NCBI GenBank assembly: GCA_964409385.1
Contig: CAYPCY010000002.1
Coordinates: forward strand, 143,941 to 207,940
Length of the DNA: 64,000 nucleotides
Reading direction: 5' to 3'
DNA from: an uncultured Methanosarcinales archaeon
GTDB lineage: Archaea; Nanobdellota; Nanobdellia; Woesearchaeales; CAYPCY01
In this document: piece after piece, positions 38,566-47,111 of the stretch
Numbering within the stretch: the first letter of the stretch is position 1
Layout: every line of letters begins with the position of its first letter
The notes under the pieces: model-generated
What the model saw: only the letters and a program-made list of their open reading frames with translations
What the model was told of the DNA's origin: nothing
Databases searched by the model: none
Made by a program: the position numbers and the translations under genes

Positions 38566-40335
38566 ATGTGTGGCATTATTGGTTATATTGGTGGTAGGGA
38601 GGCATTTCCTATTCTCTTGGAGGGTTTGAAGAGGTTGGAGTATAGGGGTTATGATAGTGCTGGAGTGTCCATTATTAATTCTAAGATTGATTCTGTTAAG
38701 AGGAAGGGGAGGATTAAAGAGTTGGAAGATTCTTTTATTCCTGGAAGTTTAGGTATTGCTCATACTCGTTGGGCTACTCATGGTGTTCCTAATGAGGTTA
38801 ATGCTCATCCTCATTTTAGTGGTAAACTTTCTATTGTTCATAATGGTATTATTGAGAATTTTCATGCTTTGAAGGAATTGCTTGTTATGGATGGTTTTAA
38901 GTTTGTTTCAGATACTGATTCTGAAGTTCTTGCTCATTTGATTAGTAAGTTTTACGATAAGAATTTGGAGGATGCTGTTGTTAAGGCTTTGGATCTTGTG
39001 GAGGGGACTTTTGGCTTGGCTGTTATTCGTGAGGGTGAGAGGAAGATTGTTGTTGCTAAAAGGTCTAGTCCTTTAGTTATTGGTGTTGGTGATAATGAGA
39101 TGTTTTTGGCTTCTGATGTTACTGCTATTTTAAAGCATACTAGGAAGGTTGTTTTTTTGAAGGATGATGATGTTGCTGTTATTACTCATGACGGGTTTAG
39201 TGTTAAGAATTTGAGCGGGGAAGTTTCTGATTCTGAAATTCGGGAGATTCAATGGGATATTTCAGAGATTGAAAAGAAGGGTTTTAAGCATTTTATGTTG
39301 AAGGAGATTTTTGAACAGCCGGAGTCTTTGAAGACTTTGCTTTCTGGTAGGTTGAAGAAGGATTTGATTAAGCTTACTGTTGATCTTCCTGTTAAGCTTA
39401 GGAGGATTGTTATTACTGCTTGTGGGACTAGTTGGCATTCTGCCTTGATTGGTAAGTATTTGATTGAGAGGATTTGCGAAATTCCGGTTGAGGTTGATTA
39501 TGCGTCGGAGTTTAGATATAGGGATTCTTTACTTTCTAAGAATGATTTGTTTATTGTAATTTCTCAGTCTGGAGAGACTGCGGATACCTTGGCTGCTTTG
39601 AAGGAGGCGAAGGGTAGGGGTTGTAAGACTTTGGGGATTATTAATGTGGTTGGTTCTTCTATTAGTAGGGGGGTTGATTCTGGTATTTTCTTGCATGCTG
39701 GTCCTGAGATTGGAGTTGCTAGTACTAAGGCGTTTACTAGTCAGGTTACTTCTTTAATTCTTCTTGCTTTGTTTTTGAAGCAGGAGGGTGGTTTGAAGGT
39801 TCATTCTAGGATTATTAGTGAGTTGGTGAGATTGCCTGAATTGGTTGCTGAAACTTTAAAGAATGAGAGTATTAGGGAGATTGCTATGGAGTTCAAGGAT
39901 AATTCTAACTTTTTATATTTGGGGAGGGGTATTAATTTCCCTGTTGCTCTTGAGGGTGCTCTTAAATTAAAGGAAATCTCTTATGCTCATGCTGAGGGTT
40001 ACCCGGCTGCTGAGATGAAGCATGGTCCTATTGCATTGATTGATGAGAAGATGCCTGTTGTTTTCGTTGCTACAAAGAATAAATTGTCTAAGAAGATTCT
40101 TAGTAATATGCAGGAGGTTAAGGCTAGGAATGGTAGGATTATTGCTGTTGTGAATGATGCTTCTTCAGTAAAGGATTTGGCTGATTTTGTTATTGAAGTT
40201 CCTGAAACTTTGAATGAACTAGCTCCAGTAATTAATGTTATTCCTTTGCAATTGCTTGCTTATCATATTGCTGACTTGAGAGGTTTGGATGTGGATAAGC
40301 CGAGGAATTTGGCTAAGAGTGTTACTGTTGAATAA
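38566..40335 (+). CDS. glmS: glutamine--fructose-6-phosphate aminotransferase
   Basis: MCGIIG, LEYRGYDSAG, HTRWATHG, SQSGETADT, PRNLAKSVTVE. Confidence 0.98.
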   Translation: MCGIIGYIGGREAFPILLEGLKRLEYRGYDSAGVSIINSKIDSVKRKGRIKELEDSFIPGSLGIAHTRWATHGVPNEVNAHPHFSGKLSIVHNGIIENFHALKELLVMDGFKFVSDTDSEVLAHLISKFYDKNLEDAVVKALDLVEGTFGLAVIREGERKIVVAKRSSPLVIGVGDNEMFLASDVTAILKHTRKVVFLKDDDVAVITHDGFSVKNLSGEVSDSEIREIQWDISEIEKKGFKHFMLKEIFEQPESLKTLLSGRLKKDLIKLTVDLPVKLRRIVITACGTSWHSALIGKYLIERICEIPVEVDYASEFRYRDSLLSKNDLFIVISQSGETADTLAALKEAKGRGCKTLGIINVVGSSISRGVDSGIFLHAGPEIGVASTKAFTSQVTSLILLALFLKQEGGLKVHSRIISELVRLPELVAETLKNESIREIAMEFKDNSNFLYLGRGINFPVALEGALKLKEISYAHAEGYPAAEMKHGPIALIDEKMPVVFVATKNKLSKKILSNMQEVKARNGRIIAVVNDASSVKDLADFVIEVPETLNELAPVINVIPLQLLAYHIADLRGLDVDKPRNLAKSVTVE

Positions 40336-40371
40336 GAAGATTTATATGTTGCTTATATATTAATTATATAT

Positions 40372-40596
40372 ATGCCAGTTACAACTATACAATTGGATAA
40401 ATCAATTGTCGATTCTTTGAAGGAAGTTAGAGAATATCCTAGACAGACCTATAATGAGTTAATTAAAGACATGGTTTATGTATTCAAAACTGTTAAGAAA
40501 AGAAATCAGTATGATGAATTCTTGCATAAGATGCAACAACCTAAAATGAAAGAGTTGTGGAATAATAAGGATGATGAAGAGTGGGGGAATGTTTAA
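40372..40596 (+). CDS. putative antitoxin (TTIQ-type ribbon-helix-helix-like)
   Basis: TTIQL....L......TY.E.I; C-terminal LW.N..D..W; directly upstream of a PemK-like gene. Confidence 0.75.
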   Translation: MPVTTIQLDKSIVDSLKEVREYPRQTYNELIKDMVYVFKTVKKRNQYDEFLHKMQQPKMKELWNNKDDEEWGNV

Positions 40597-40903
40597 TGCA
40601 GGTGATGTGATACTTGCAAAGATTCAGTTTACAGACACTTTCGAAATTAAGAAAAGACTTGCACTGGTGTTGTTTGAAGATCATAATAATGTTGTTGTTG
40701 CAGGAATTACAAGTAATACTGAAATGAAAGGTATTTCTTTAACAAAGAAAGAAGGTGCGATTAAAGACAGTATTATAAAATTAAATTATATATTTACTAT
40801 TTCATCAGCAATGATTGAAAAAGTATTATTTTCTTTATCTAAAGATAAGAAAGAAAAGGTTTTTGAAGGTTTGATGGGTAAATTCGGTGGTCTTAAAGGT
40901 TAA
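40589..40903 (+). CDS. PemK/MazF-family toxin
   Basis: GDVILA...FTD....K.R.ALVL......V.VAGITS. Confidence 0.8.
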   Translation: MFNAGDVILAKIQFTDTFEIKKRLALVLFEDHNNVVVAGITSNTEMKGISLTKKEGAIKDSIIKLNYIFTISSAMIEKVLFSLSKDKKEKVFEGLMGKFGGLKG

Positions 40904-40912
40904 TAACAATAT

Positions 40913-40934
40913 TTATATAGTACTTATATAGTAC
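40913..40934 (+). promoter_or_regulatory. tandem direct repeat TTATATAGTAC x2 overlapping the TATA box; candidate antitoxin operator
   Basis: Exact 11-bp tandem repeat immediately upstream of the antitoxin ATG. Confidence 0.55.
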
Positions 40935-40936
40935 TT

Positions 40937-41179
40937 ATGTGTATGTCTGTTACAACAATACAAATAAAATCTGAAACTTTACATAAATTAAAAAGTTTGA
41001 AAGAATATGCTAGAGAAAGTTATGATGAAGTAATTAATAATCTTATTGGTGATAATGAAGCAGAAATTCTAACTGAAGAAGAAATAGTTGCTATAAAAGA
41101 AGGATTGGAAGATGTCAAGGCAGGAAGGATCCATTCTATTGAAGAAGTAGCCAGTGAATTCGGAGTAGAATTGAATTAA
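40937..41179 (+). CDS. putative antitoxin (TTIQ-type)
   Basis: TTIQI...L..LK.....SYDEVI; L.DVKAGR..S.EEV. Confidence 0.8.
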   Translation: MCMSVTTIQIKSETLHKLKSLKEYARESYDEVINNLIGDNEAEILTEEEIVAIKEGLEDVKAGRIHSIEEVASEFGVELN

Positions 41180-41181
41180 AT

Positions 41182-41433
41182 ATGTATTCTATACACTTAA
41201 CTACTAAAGCAAAGAGGGAATTGAGCAAATTGCCTTTTGAAACTAAGGAAATGGTGTTGAAGAAAATATATTCTTTATCAGAAAATCCTTTTCGTAACAT
41301 TAAAAGATTGCAAGGAAGTAGGTTGTGGAGGTTGAGAATTAATGATTACAGGGCAGTTTTAGATATTGTGATTAAAAGGAATAATATTATAGTTTTAAGA
41401 ATAGGGCATAGAAAAGGAGTTTATAAGAAATAG
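41182..41433 (+). CDS. RelE/StbE-family toxin
   Basis: A.REL.KL, IKRLQG...WRLRI.DYR, IGHRK.VY. Confidence 0.9.
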   Translation: MYSIHLTTKAKRELSKLPFETKEMVLKKIYSLSENPFRNIKRLQGSRLWRLRINDYRAVLDIVIKRNNIIVLRIGHRKGVYKK

Positions 41434-41508
41434 AAACGTTTATATAGTTTTTTTTTGAGAATGATAGTATGAAGAAATTGTTGTTATTGGTATTATTCTT
41501 GGTAATTA

Positions 41509-42180
41509 GTGTTGATGATTAAGTCTAAGACGAAGGTAGTTTATGGTATTGTTGTTTTAATCTTGATTTTCTTCTTTCTTTTCTTGTTAGTACAGCCTTA
41601 CTTGTACTTGTTCGGTGATTTAGATAAGTTAAAAATATTTATTTTGGATTTTGGTGTTTTTGCTCCTTTAGTATTGATTTTATTGCAAGTTCTTCAGGTT
41701 TTGATAGCGCCTATTCCTGGTCAGTTGATGGGTTTGGCTAGTGGTTTTATTTTCGGTCCTGTTCTTGGAACTATATATACAATGATTGGAGTTATTATTG
41801 GTTCTTACATTGCTTTTAAGCTTTCTAGAAGGTTGGGTAGGCCTTTTGTTGAGAAGGTTATTGATAGGAAGACTTTGAAAAAGTTTGATTACTTGGCAGA
41901 AGATAAAGGTGTTTTTACTTTATTTCTTCTTTTTTTATTGCCTGCATTGCCTGATGATGCTATTTGTTTAATTGCAGGTTTGACTAGTATTAGGATTAGG
42001 AGTTTGGTTTTGATTGCTTTCTTGGGTAGGCTTCCTGGAATGTTCGTTTTGAATCTTGTTGGTAATGGTTTCGGCAGTTCTTACTCGATTATTTTATTTA
42101 CTGTGGTAATGCTAGTTTCAATATTAATTTTTTATTTCAGGAGAGAATTAGAGGTTTATTTTCATAAACTTACAAGGTAG
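41509..42180 (+). CDS. TVP38/TMEM64 (DedA/VTT) membrane protein
   Basis: LQV.IAPIPG, G.IFG...G, LLP.LPDD..C..AG, GRLPG. Confidence 0.9.
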   Translation: MLMIKSKTKVVYGIVVLILIFFFLFLLVQPYLYLFGDLDKLKIFILDFGVFAPLVLILLQVLQVLIAPIPGQLMGLASGFIFGPVLGTIYTMIGVIIGSYIAFKLSRRLGRPFVEKVIDRKTLKKFDYLAEDKGVFTLFLLFLLPALPDDAICLIAGLTSIRIRSLVLIAFLGRLPGMFVLNLVGNGFGSSYSIILFTVVMLVSILIFYFRRELEVYFHKLTR

Positions 42181-43165
42181 CTTTCTCTAGTTTATTAACA
42201 ACTTTATTATAATGATAATCTTCAACTTTCTTTCTTAATTCATACCTTAATCTTCTGATAAAATAATTAAGGATTTCTTTAATGAAAACTAGATTGTTTG
42301 GTTCTTTCTTCACCAGTTTTAGTAATTCATTACAATTATAGTGTATTTTGTCGTTTATTCTTCTTCTTTCAAACTTCACTTTTTGGCTTGTATAAATGGC
42401 CCATGCTATTCCTCTGATTTTGTCTATGAATTCTTCACTGGTTATTTTAATATCGTTCATTTTATGAATTGTTGTTTCAAAACTTTCTTTGTTTTCTATT
42501 GCTTTCTTTTCTAGCTTTGCAAGACTTGATAGTTTTGTTGAACTGTCTTCAATGAGTTTGGAAACTTCTCTTATTGTTTTTTCTTCTAATTCTTCTAGTT
42601 TTAGTAATTCTTTACTATAATTTTTTTTGAGTAGTTTTTCTTTTAATTCTGTCAGTTTCACTAGTGTTTTTGCTTTTGTTTCTCTTTCTTTCAAACTTCC
42701 TTTTTTTTCTTTAAGTTCTTGTTCTTTAGTTTGGAATTCTTCATGTTCTTGTTTTAACAGTCTTTCTAACAATTCAATTTGGTATTGGTTGAATTCTTTT
42801 GACTTTAGTAGAATATTGTTATGATCTTCAGTAAATTTTTGTAGTTTTTTCAGACTTTCGTAAATGTTGAAGAAGAATTGTATTGATAAGTGGTAGAAAT
42901 AAACAATTTTTTTCTTAATCTTTATTCTTCTATGTTCTATTGTTCTTTTTGGTTTTTCTTCTTCGTCTAATCTTAAGACTATTTCGTTTATTGCAATAAA
43001 TTTCTTTTTTACTCTTACTAGTTTTCTTGTGTTTTGTATTATTCTGTTTAGTTCTTTATTTTGATTCTTGTTTACTTTCCAGTCTAGGAATCTTTGATTA
43101 TTATTTCTAGAGTATATCTCGTGTAGGTTTTCTTTAATATGTTCTAATGATGAAATGTTTTCCAT
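42170..43165 (-). CDS. basic coiled-coil hypothetical protein
   Basis: 331-aa K/E/L-rich ORF. Confidence 0.65.
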   Translation of the reverse strand: MENISSLEHIKENLHEIYSRNNNQRFLDWKVNKNQNKELNRIIQNTRKLVRVKKKFIAINEIVLRLDEEEKPKRTIEHRRIKIKKKIVYFYHLSIQFFFNIYESLKKLQKFTEDHNNILLKSKEFNQYQIELLERLLKQEHEEFQTKEQELKEKKGSLKERETKAKTLVKLTELKEKLLKKNYSKELLKLEELEEKTIREVSKLIEDSSTKLSSLAKLEKKAIENKESFETTIHKMNDIKITSEEFIDKIRGIAWAIYTSQKVKFERRRINDKIHYNCNELLKLVKKEPNNLVFIKEILNYFIRRLRYELRKKVEDYHYNKVVNKLEKATL

Positions 43166-43190
43166 TACTTAGAATTAATTCATTTTCTAT

Positions 43191-43679
43191 TTAAATTTTC
43201 TCACTTTTACTAAGTCCGTCTTTAATATTGACTAGTCTTGTTTTCAACCTGGAATCTGTTAATATTTTTTCTTTATAGTCTTTACAGTTTTCAAAATTGA
43301 TATTGTCTGCTATTATTGTTTTTCCTAGTCTTATGCAGTCTTCTAACACTTGGACATATTTCTTTTTGGCGAAGTCTATAAAGATTAAGTCAAAAGTTTC
43401 ATTTAACTTTTTTATTTCTTCTACGCCATCTCCAATTATTACTTTAGCATTTATTCCAAATTTTTTAAAATTTTCAATGGCTTCCTTAGCTATTTCTTCA
43501 TTTATTTCTATTGTTGTTAATTCTGCTCCTTTTGATCCTAGTATTATTCCACTATAACCATTTGCTGTTCCTAACTCTAGAATTTTATTCTTTCCATTTA
43601 ATTGTTTGGAGAGCCATTCTCCTTTTTCTGGGCCTATTATTGGTATTTTTCTTCTTATGCAGTCTTCTTCAAGTTTCAT
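43191..43679 (-). CDS. class I SAM-dependent O-methyltransferase (Methyltransf_3, TrmR/YrrM-like)
   Basis: IPII, ILELGTANGYS, FDLIFID..K..Y, IIADN. Confidence 0.88.
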   Translation of the reverse strand: MKLEEDCIRRKIPIIGPEKGEWLSKQLNGKNKILELGTANGYSGIILGSKGAELTTIEINEEIAKEAIENFKKFGINAKVIIGDGVEEIKKLNETFDLIFIDFAKKKYVQVLEDCIRLGKTIIADNINFENCKDYKEKILTDSRLKTRLVNIKDGLSKSEKI

Positions 43680-44734
43680 CTTTCTATTAGTACTTCATCA
43701 TTAGTTCTTACTCTGTGTCCGACTGGAAAGGTTACTATTTCATTTTTAGAATTTGTTACTTCCAGACCTTTATCATTCCTTAATTCTTGGATTGTCTCTT
43801 CAGTGTTTGTTGTTCTTCCTTTGATAAGGATTTTTTGTCCTTTCTTTAGTTTACCGTAGGCTAACGCAATTTTTTTCTTTCCATAATAGTTTATTACTTT
43901 CCCTATTTTCTTGTATTTTTTCTTTCTTCTTCTTGTGGACTGTTTACAATTTAAACTACAACTTTTATCTAGTCTTTCTTGACATTTCTTGCATGATACT
44001 ATCAGCTTGTCGCAGTTTAGATTATGGCAGTTTATTATTGAACTTGTTTGTTTATTGCATAATGAACATTTTATTTCTCCAAAGTTCAGTCTGTTATCAA
44101 ATACGAAACAACCTCCTTTAAAGTGTGTGTTTGGAAAGTTATTCACATAATTTATTATTCCTCCTTCTAGTTGGTTTACATTTGTAAATCCTTTTTCTTT
44201 TAGGTAGGCTGATGATTTTTCGCATCTTACTCCTCCTGTGCAGTACATTATTATTTTTTTATTCTTGAAAGAATTTAATTTTTTATATTTCTCTGGAAAT
44301 TCTCTGAAATTGTTTATGTTTAAAGAAATGGCATTTTTGAACTTTCCAACGTTTACTTCATAATCATTTCTTGCGTCTAGTAAGATTACTTCTTCTTTAT
44401 TGTCTAGGGTTTTTTGTAGTTCTTCAGGACTTATGTGTTTTCCTGCATTCCTTAAATCCACTTTTTCCCCGAAATTTACTATTTCTTTTCTTGTTCTAAC
44501 GACTAGTTTTGAATAGACTTGTTTTTCACATTCTTGTTCTCTGAATGTTAAGCCCGGAAATTCTCCAACTAAAAATTCTTTAAATTTTTCAATATTGCCT
44601 GAACAAGCCCCGTTTATTCCTTCCTTGCCTATTAGTATTCTTCCCTTAATAGAGTTACATTTCTCTCTAATTCTTTCTTTCAAAAGTTCAGGATTTTTTA
44701 TCCTTGTATATTTATAGAATGATATTACCTTCAT
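43676..44734 (-). CDS. trhO: TrhO/UPF0176 rhodanese-related tRNA uridine(34) hydroxylase with extra C-terminal beta-barrel
   Basis: SFYKY, GRILI..EGING, LDARNDYE..GKF, YCTGGVRCEK, L.GGI..Y, CFVFD.R, C-terminal Cys cluster; ATG at 44734 overlaps the ahpC stop. Confidence 0.88.
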   Translation of the reverse strand: MKVISFYKYTRIKNPELLKERIREKCNSIKGRILIGKEGINGACSGNIEKFKEFLVGEFPGLTFREQECEKQVYSKLVVRTRKEIVNFGEKVDLRNAGKHISPEELQKTLDNKEEVILLDARNDYEVNVGKFKNAISLNINNFREFPEKYKKLNSFKNKKIIMYCTGGVRCEKSSAYLKEKGFTNVNQLEGGIINYVNNFPNTHFKGGCFVFDNRLNFGEIKCSLCNKQTSSIINCHNLNCDKLIVSCKKCQERLDKSCSLNCKQSTRRRKKKYKKIGKVINYYGKKKIALAYGKLKKGQKILIKGRTTNTEETIQELRNDKGLEVTNSKNEIVTFPVGHRVRTNDEVLIER

Positions 44735-45291
44735 ATTTTTCCTACAAGGTCTAGTCCTGGCTTTAGTGTTTTCTCTCCTGGCTTCCAGTTTACTGGGCAT
44801 ACTTCACTACCGTGTTCTTTCACATACTGTGCAGCTTGTATTTTTCTTACGAGTTCTTTAATGTTTCTTCCTATTGAATTATCGTGTAGTTCGTATGCTT
44901 TTAGTATTCCGTCAGGGTCTATAATGAAGGTTCCTCTTAGTGATAGGCCTTCACCTTCAATCAATGTTCCATAACTAGAACAAATTTTTGCTGTAGGGTC
45001 TGCTACCATTGGGAATTTTATTTTCTTTATGGTTTCTGAATTATCATGCCATGCTTTATGAACAAATGCAGTGTCTGTTGATACACTTAGTACTTCAGTA
45101 TTTAGTTTTTGTAATTCTTCATAATGGTCTGCTAGTTCTCCTAGTTCTGTAGGGCAGATGAAAGTAAAATCTGCAGGATAAAAAAATAAGACAACCCATT
45201 TTCCTTTATAATCTGCTAATTTTATTTTTTCTACTTTGTTATTATGAAATGCTTCAGTTTCAAAATTTGGAGCTTCTTGTCCTATTTTCAT
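44731..45291 (-). CDS. ahpC: 2-Cys peroxiredoxin (alkyl hydroperoxide reductase C)
   Basis: FFYPADFTFICPTE, EVCPVNW, LKPGLDLVGKI; AGGTGA SD upstream. Confidence 0.96.
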   Translation of the reverse strand: MKIGQEAPNFETEAFHNNKVEKIKLADYKGKWVVLFFYPADFTFICPTELGELADHYEELQKLNTEVLSVSTDTAFVHKAWHDNSETIKKIKFPMVADPTAKICSSYGTLIEGEGLSLRGTFIIDPDGILKAYELHDNSIGRNIKELVRKIQAAQYVKEHGSEVCPVNWKPGEKTLKPGLDLVGKI

Positions 45292-45320
45292 ATTATATCA
45301 CCTTCTAAATATTCTTATTT

Positions 45321-45355
45321 AGGGGTTCCAGAAATCTGTGATTTCTAAGAACCTT
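45321..45355. repeat. hairpin GGTTC-C-AGAAATC-tgt-GATTTCT-AA-GAACC upstream of ahpC
   Basis: Inverted repeat read directly from the sequence. Confidence 0.7.
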
Positions 45356-45391
45356 ATTTTATTTTGAATTGTTAAGAATTTAAAACTTTTT

Positions 45392-46120
45392 TCATACTAA
45401 GTAAATTATTATCATTCCTAGTATTATTGCCAGGAAATGAAGTATTGATTTCTTGAATTCTTTTTCTTTCTGTAATTCAGGAATTAAGTTTGATCCTGCT
45501 ATGTAGATGAAACCTCCTGCTGCTACTGGTATCATGTAATCTACGAAACTTTCAGAATTCACTCCTATATAGAATGCGACTACAGCCCCAATAATGGCAA
45601 AAGATGCTGATATGAAGTTGAACAATAATGCTTTTTTCCTTGTATACCCAGCGTATATTAACACTCCAAAATCTGCTATTTCTTGTGGTATTTCATGTAT
45701 GATTACTGCGATTGTTGTTGTTATTCCTAGTGAGAAATCTACTAGGTAGCTTACTGCTATTATTATCCCATCTAAGAAATTGTGTATTCCATCAGCGACT
45801 AGGTTCATTGGGGCAAGGTGTGCAGTACTAGTTTTGCCTGGTAAGTGTTCGTGATGCATGTGTACGAACTTTTCTAAAAGATAAAATATTACTACTCCTA
45901 ATAGTATTAATAGGGATACATCAACTCCGAATCCTATCTTTTCAAAAGTTTCTGGTAGTAAGTGTAAGAATGCTGCTGCAAATAGTGTTCCTGTGGATAA
46001 GCCGACAAAAAACAACAAGTATTTCTTTAATGTCTCTATCTTTATTGAAAGACTGAATAATCCGATGAAAGAAACTAAGGATACTATTACTACACTAATT
46101 ATTGTTTCTATAAACGCCAT
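45392..46120 (-). CDS. ZIP-family metal transporter
   Basis: HLLPE, His-rich loop, DGIHNFLDG, HEIPQEIADF. Confidence 0.95.
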   Translation of the reverse strand: MAFIETIISVVIVSLVSFIGLFSLSIKIETLKKYLLFFVGLSTGTLFAAAFLHLLPETFEKIGFGVDVSLLILLGVVIFYLLEKFVHMHHEHLPGKTSTAHLAPMNLVADGIHNFLDGIIIAVSYLVDFSLGITTTIAVIIHEIPQEIADFGVLIYAGYTRKKALLFNFISASFAIIGAVVAFYIGVNSESFVDYMIPVAAGGFIYIAGSNLIPELQKEKEFKKSILHFLAIILGMIIIYLV

Positions 46121-46156
46121 TATTATTTTCGAGAATTAAGTTGTTTTTATATGTTT

Positions 46157-46270
46157 CTAAAATCGAAGATTTTTGACTCTCAGAATCGCTTTGTGATTCT
46201 TTTGTTTCTAAATTTGAAGCCAAGAAATATTTGATTTCTTCTGTTTCTAAAATTTGTTAATTTTCCGAAA
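46157..46270. repeat. cluster of short AAATC/GATTT-type hairpins
   Basis: aaaatc-gaa-gatttt, agaatc-gctttgt-gattct, agaaat-atttg-atttct, aaaatt-tgtt-aatttt. Confidence 0.6.
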
Positions 46271-46369
46271 AACAACAGTTTAGATTTATTAAAGATTGTT
46301 TCTTTTAGATTGGATAATGTTGAAAGAAAACAAAAACATTTAAATATTTTAACATATTTATGTTTTTTT

Positions 46370-46612
46370 ATGGTAAGTATAACAGTTTCTGTTCCTTCAG
46401 AAACAAAGGAATTAATGAAACATTTTGAGGAAATGAACTGGTCTGGTTTCGTAAAAAAGTCAATAGAAGAGAAAACTAAACAATTAAGAAAGATTGAAGC
46501 ATTAAAAAAACAATTATCAGATGAGAAAAAAATGGATGATTGGGCAATTAGACTTCAGAGAACTTCAAGAAGTGGTAGGATTGAAGAATTAAAGAAAAAA
46601 GGATTATTATGA
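46370..46612 (+). CDS. putative antitoxin (RHH-like, VapB)
   Basis: ITVSVP...K..M......NWS; upstream of a PIN gene with ATGA overlap. Confidence 0.75.
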   Translation: MVSITVSVPSETKELMKHFEEMNWSGFVKKSIEEKTKQLRKIEALKKQLSDEKKMDDWAIRLQRTSRSGRIEELKKKGLL

Positions 46613-47034
46613 GAATAATTGTAGATACTAATATTTTATTTTCTTTTTTCTGGAAAAAATCAATTTTAAAAGAATTATTAAACAATCCAAGTTTAGAATT
46701 ATTTTCTCCAGAATTCGCATTGGAAGAAATTAAGAAATATAAGAATGAAATAATAAAAAAAACAAAAATTTCTGAAGATGAATTTAATAGATTAAGGAAG
46801 GAATTAGCAGTATTAGTTGATTTTTTATCTTTAGAAGAATATCATGAATTCTTGAAAAAAGCAATACTTATTTGTCCTGATCCTAATGATATTGATTTTT
46901 TTGCATTGGCCTTAAAGTTAGAAACTACGCTCTGGTCCAATGATTTACGATTGAAAAAACAAGAAGTAATAAATGTAATGACTACTAAAGATTTGTTGAA
47001 TAATTTTGAATTTTTAGATTATTTAGAAAAATAG
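46609..47034 (+). CDS. PIN-domain (VapC-like) toxin
   Basis: IIVDTNILFS, EI, DPND..F.ALAL, LWSND. Confidence 0.9.
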   Translation: MRIIVDTNILFSFFWKKSILKELLNNPSLELFSPEFALEEIKKYKNEIIKKTKISEDEFNRLRKELAVLVDFLSLEEYHEFLKKAILICPDPNDIDFFALALKLETTLWSNDLRLKKQEVINVMTTKDLLNNFEFLDYLEK

Positions 47035-47111
47035 AAAATTATTAGTTAACTGTATTTTTCCCTGTTTCTTTAACAAAAAATTTATAAGCATTCTTTTACT
47101 GCACTAAAACA

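Noticed and set aside
44735..44800. N-terminal extension of TrhO given in the ORF track
   Set aside because: It overlaps the ahpC coding region; ATG 44734 gives the typical start and an ATGA coupling.
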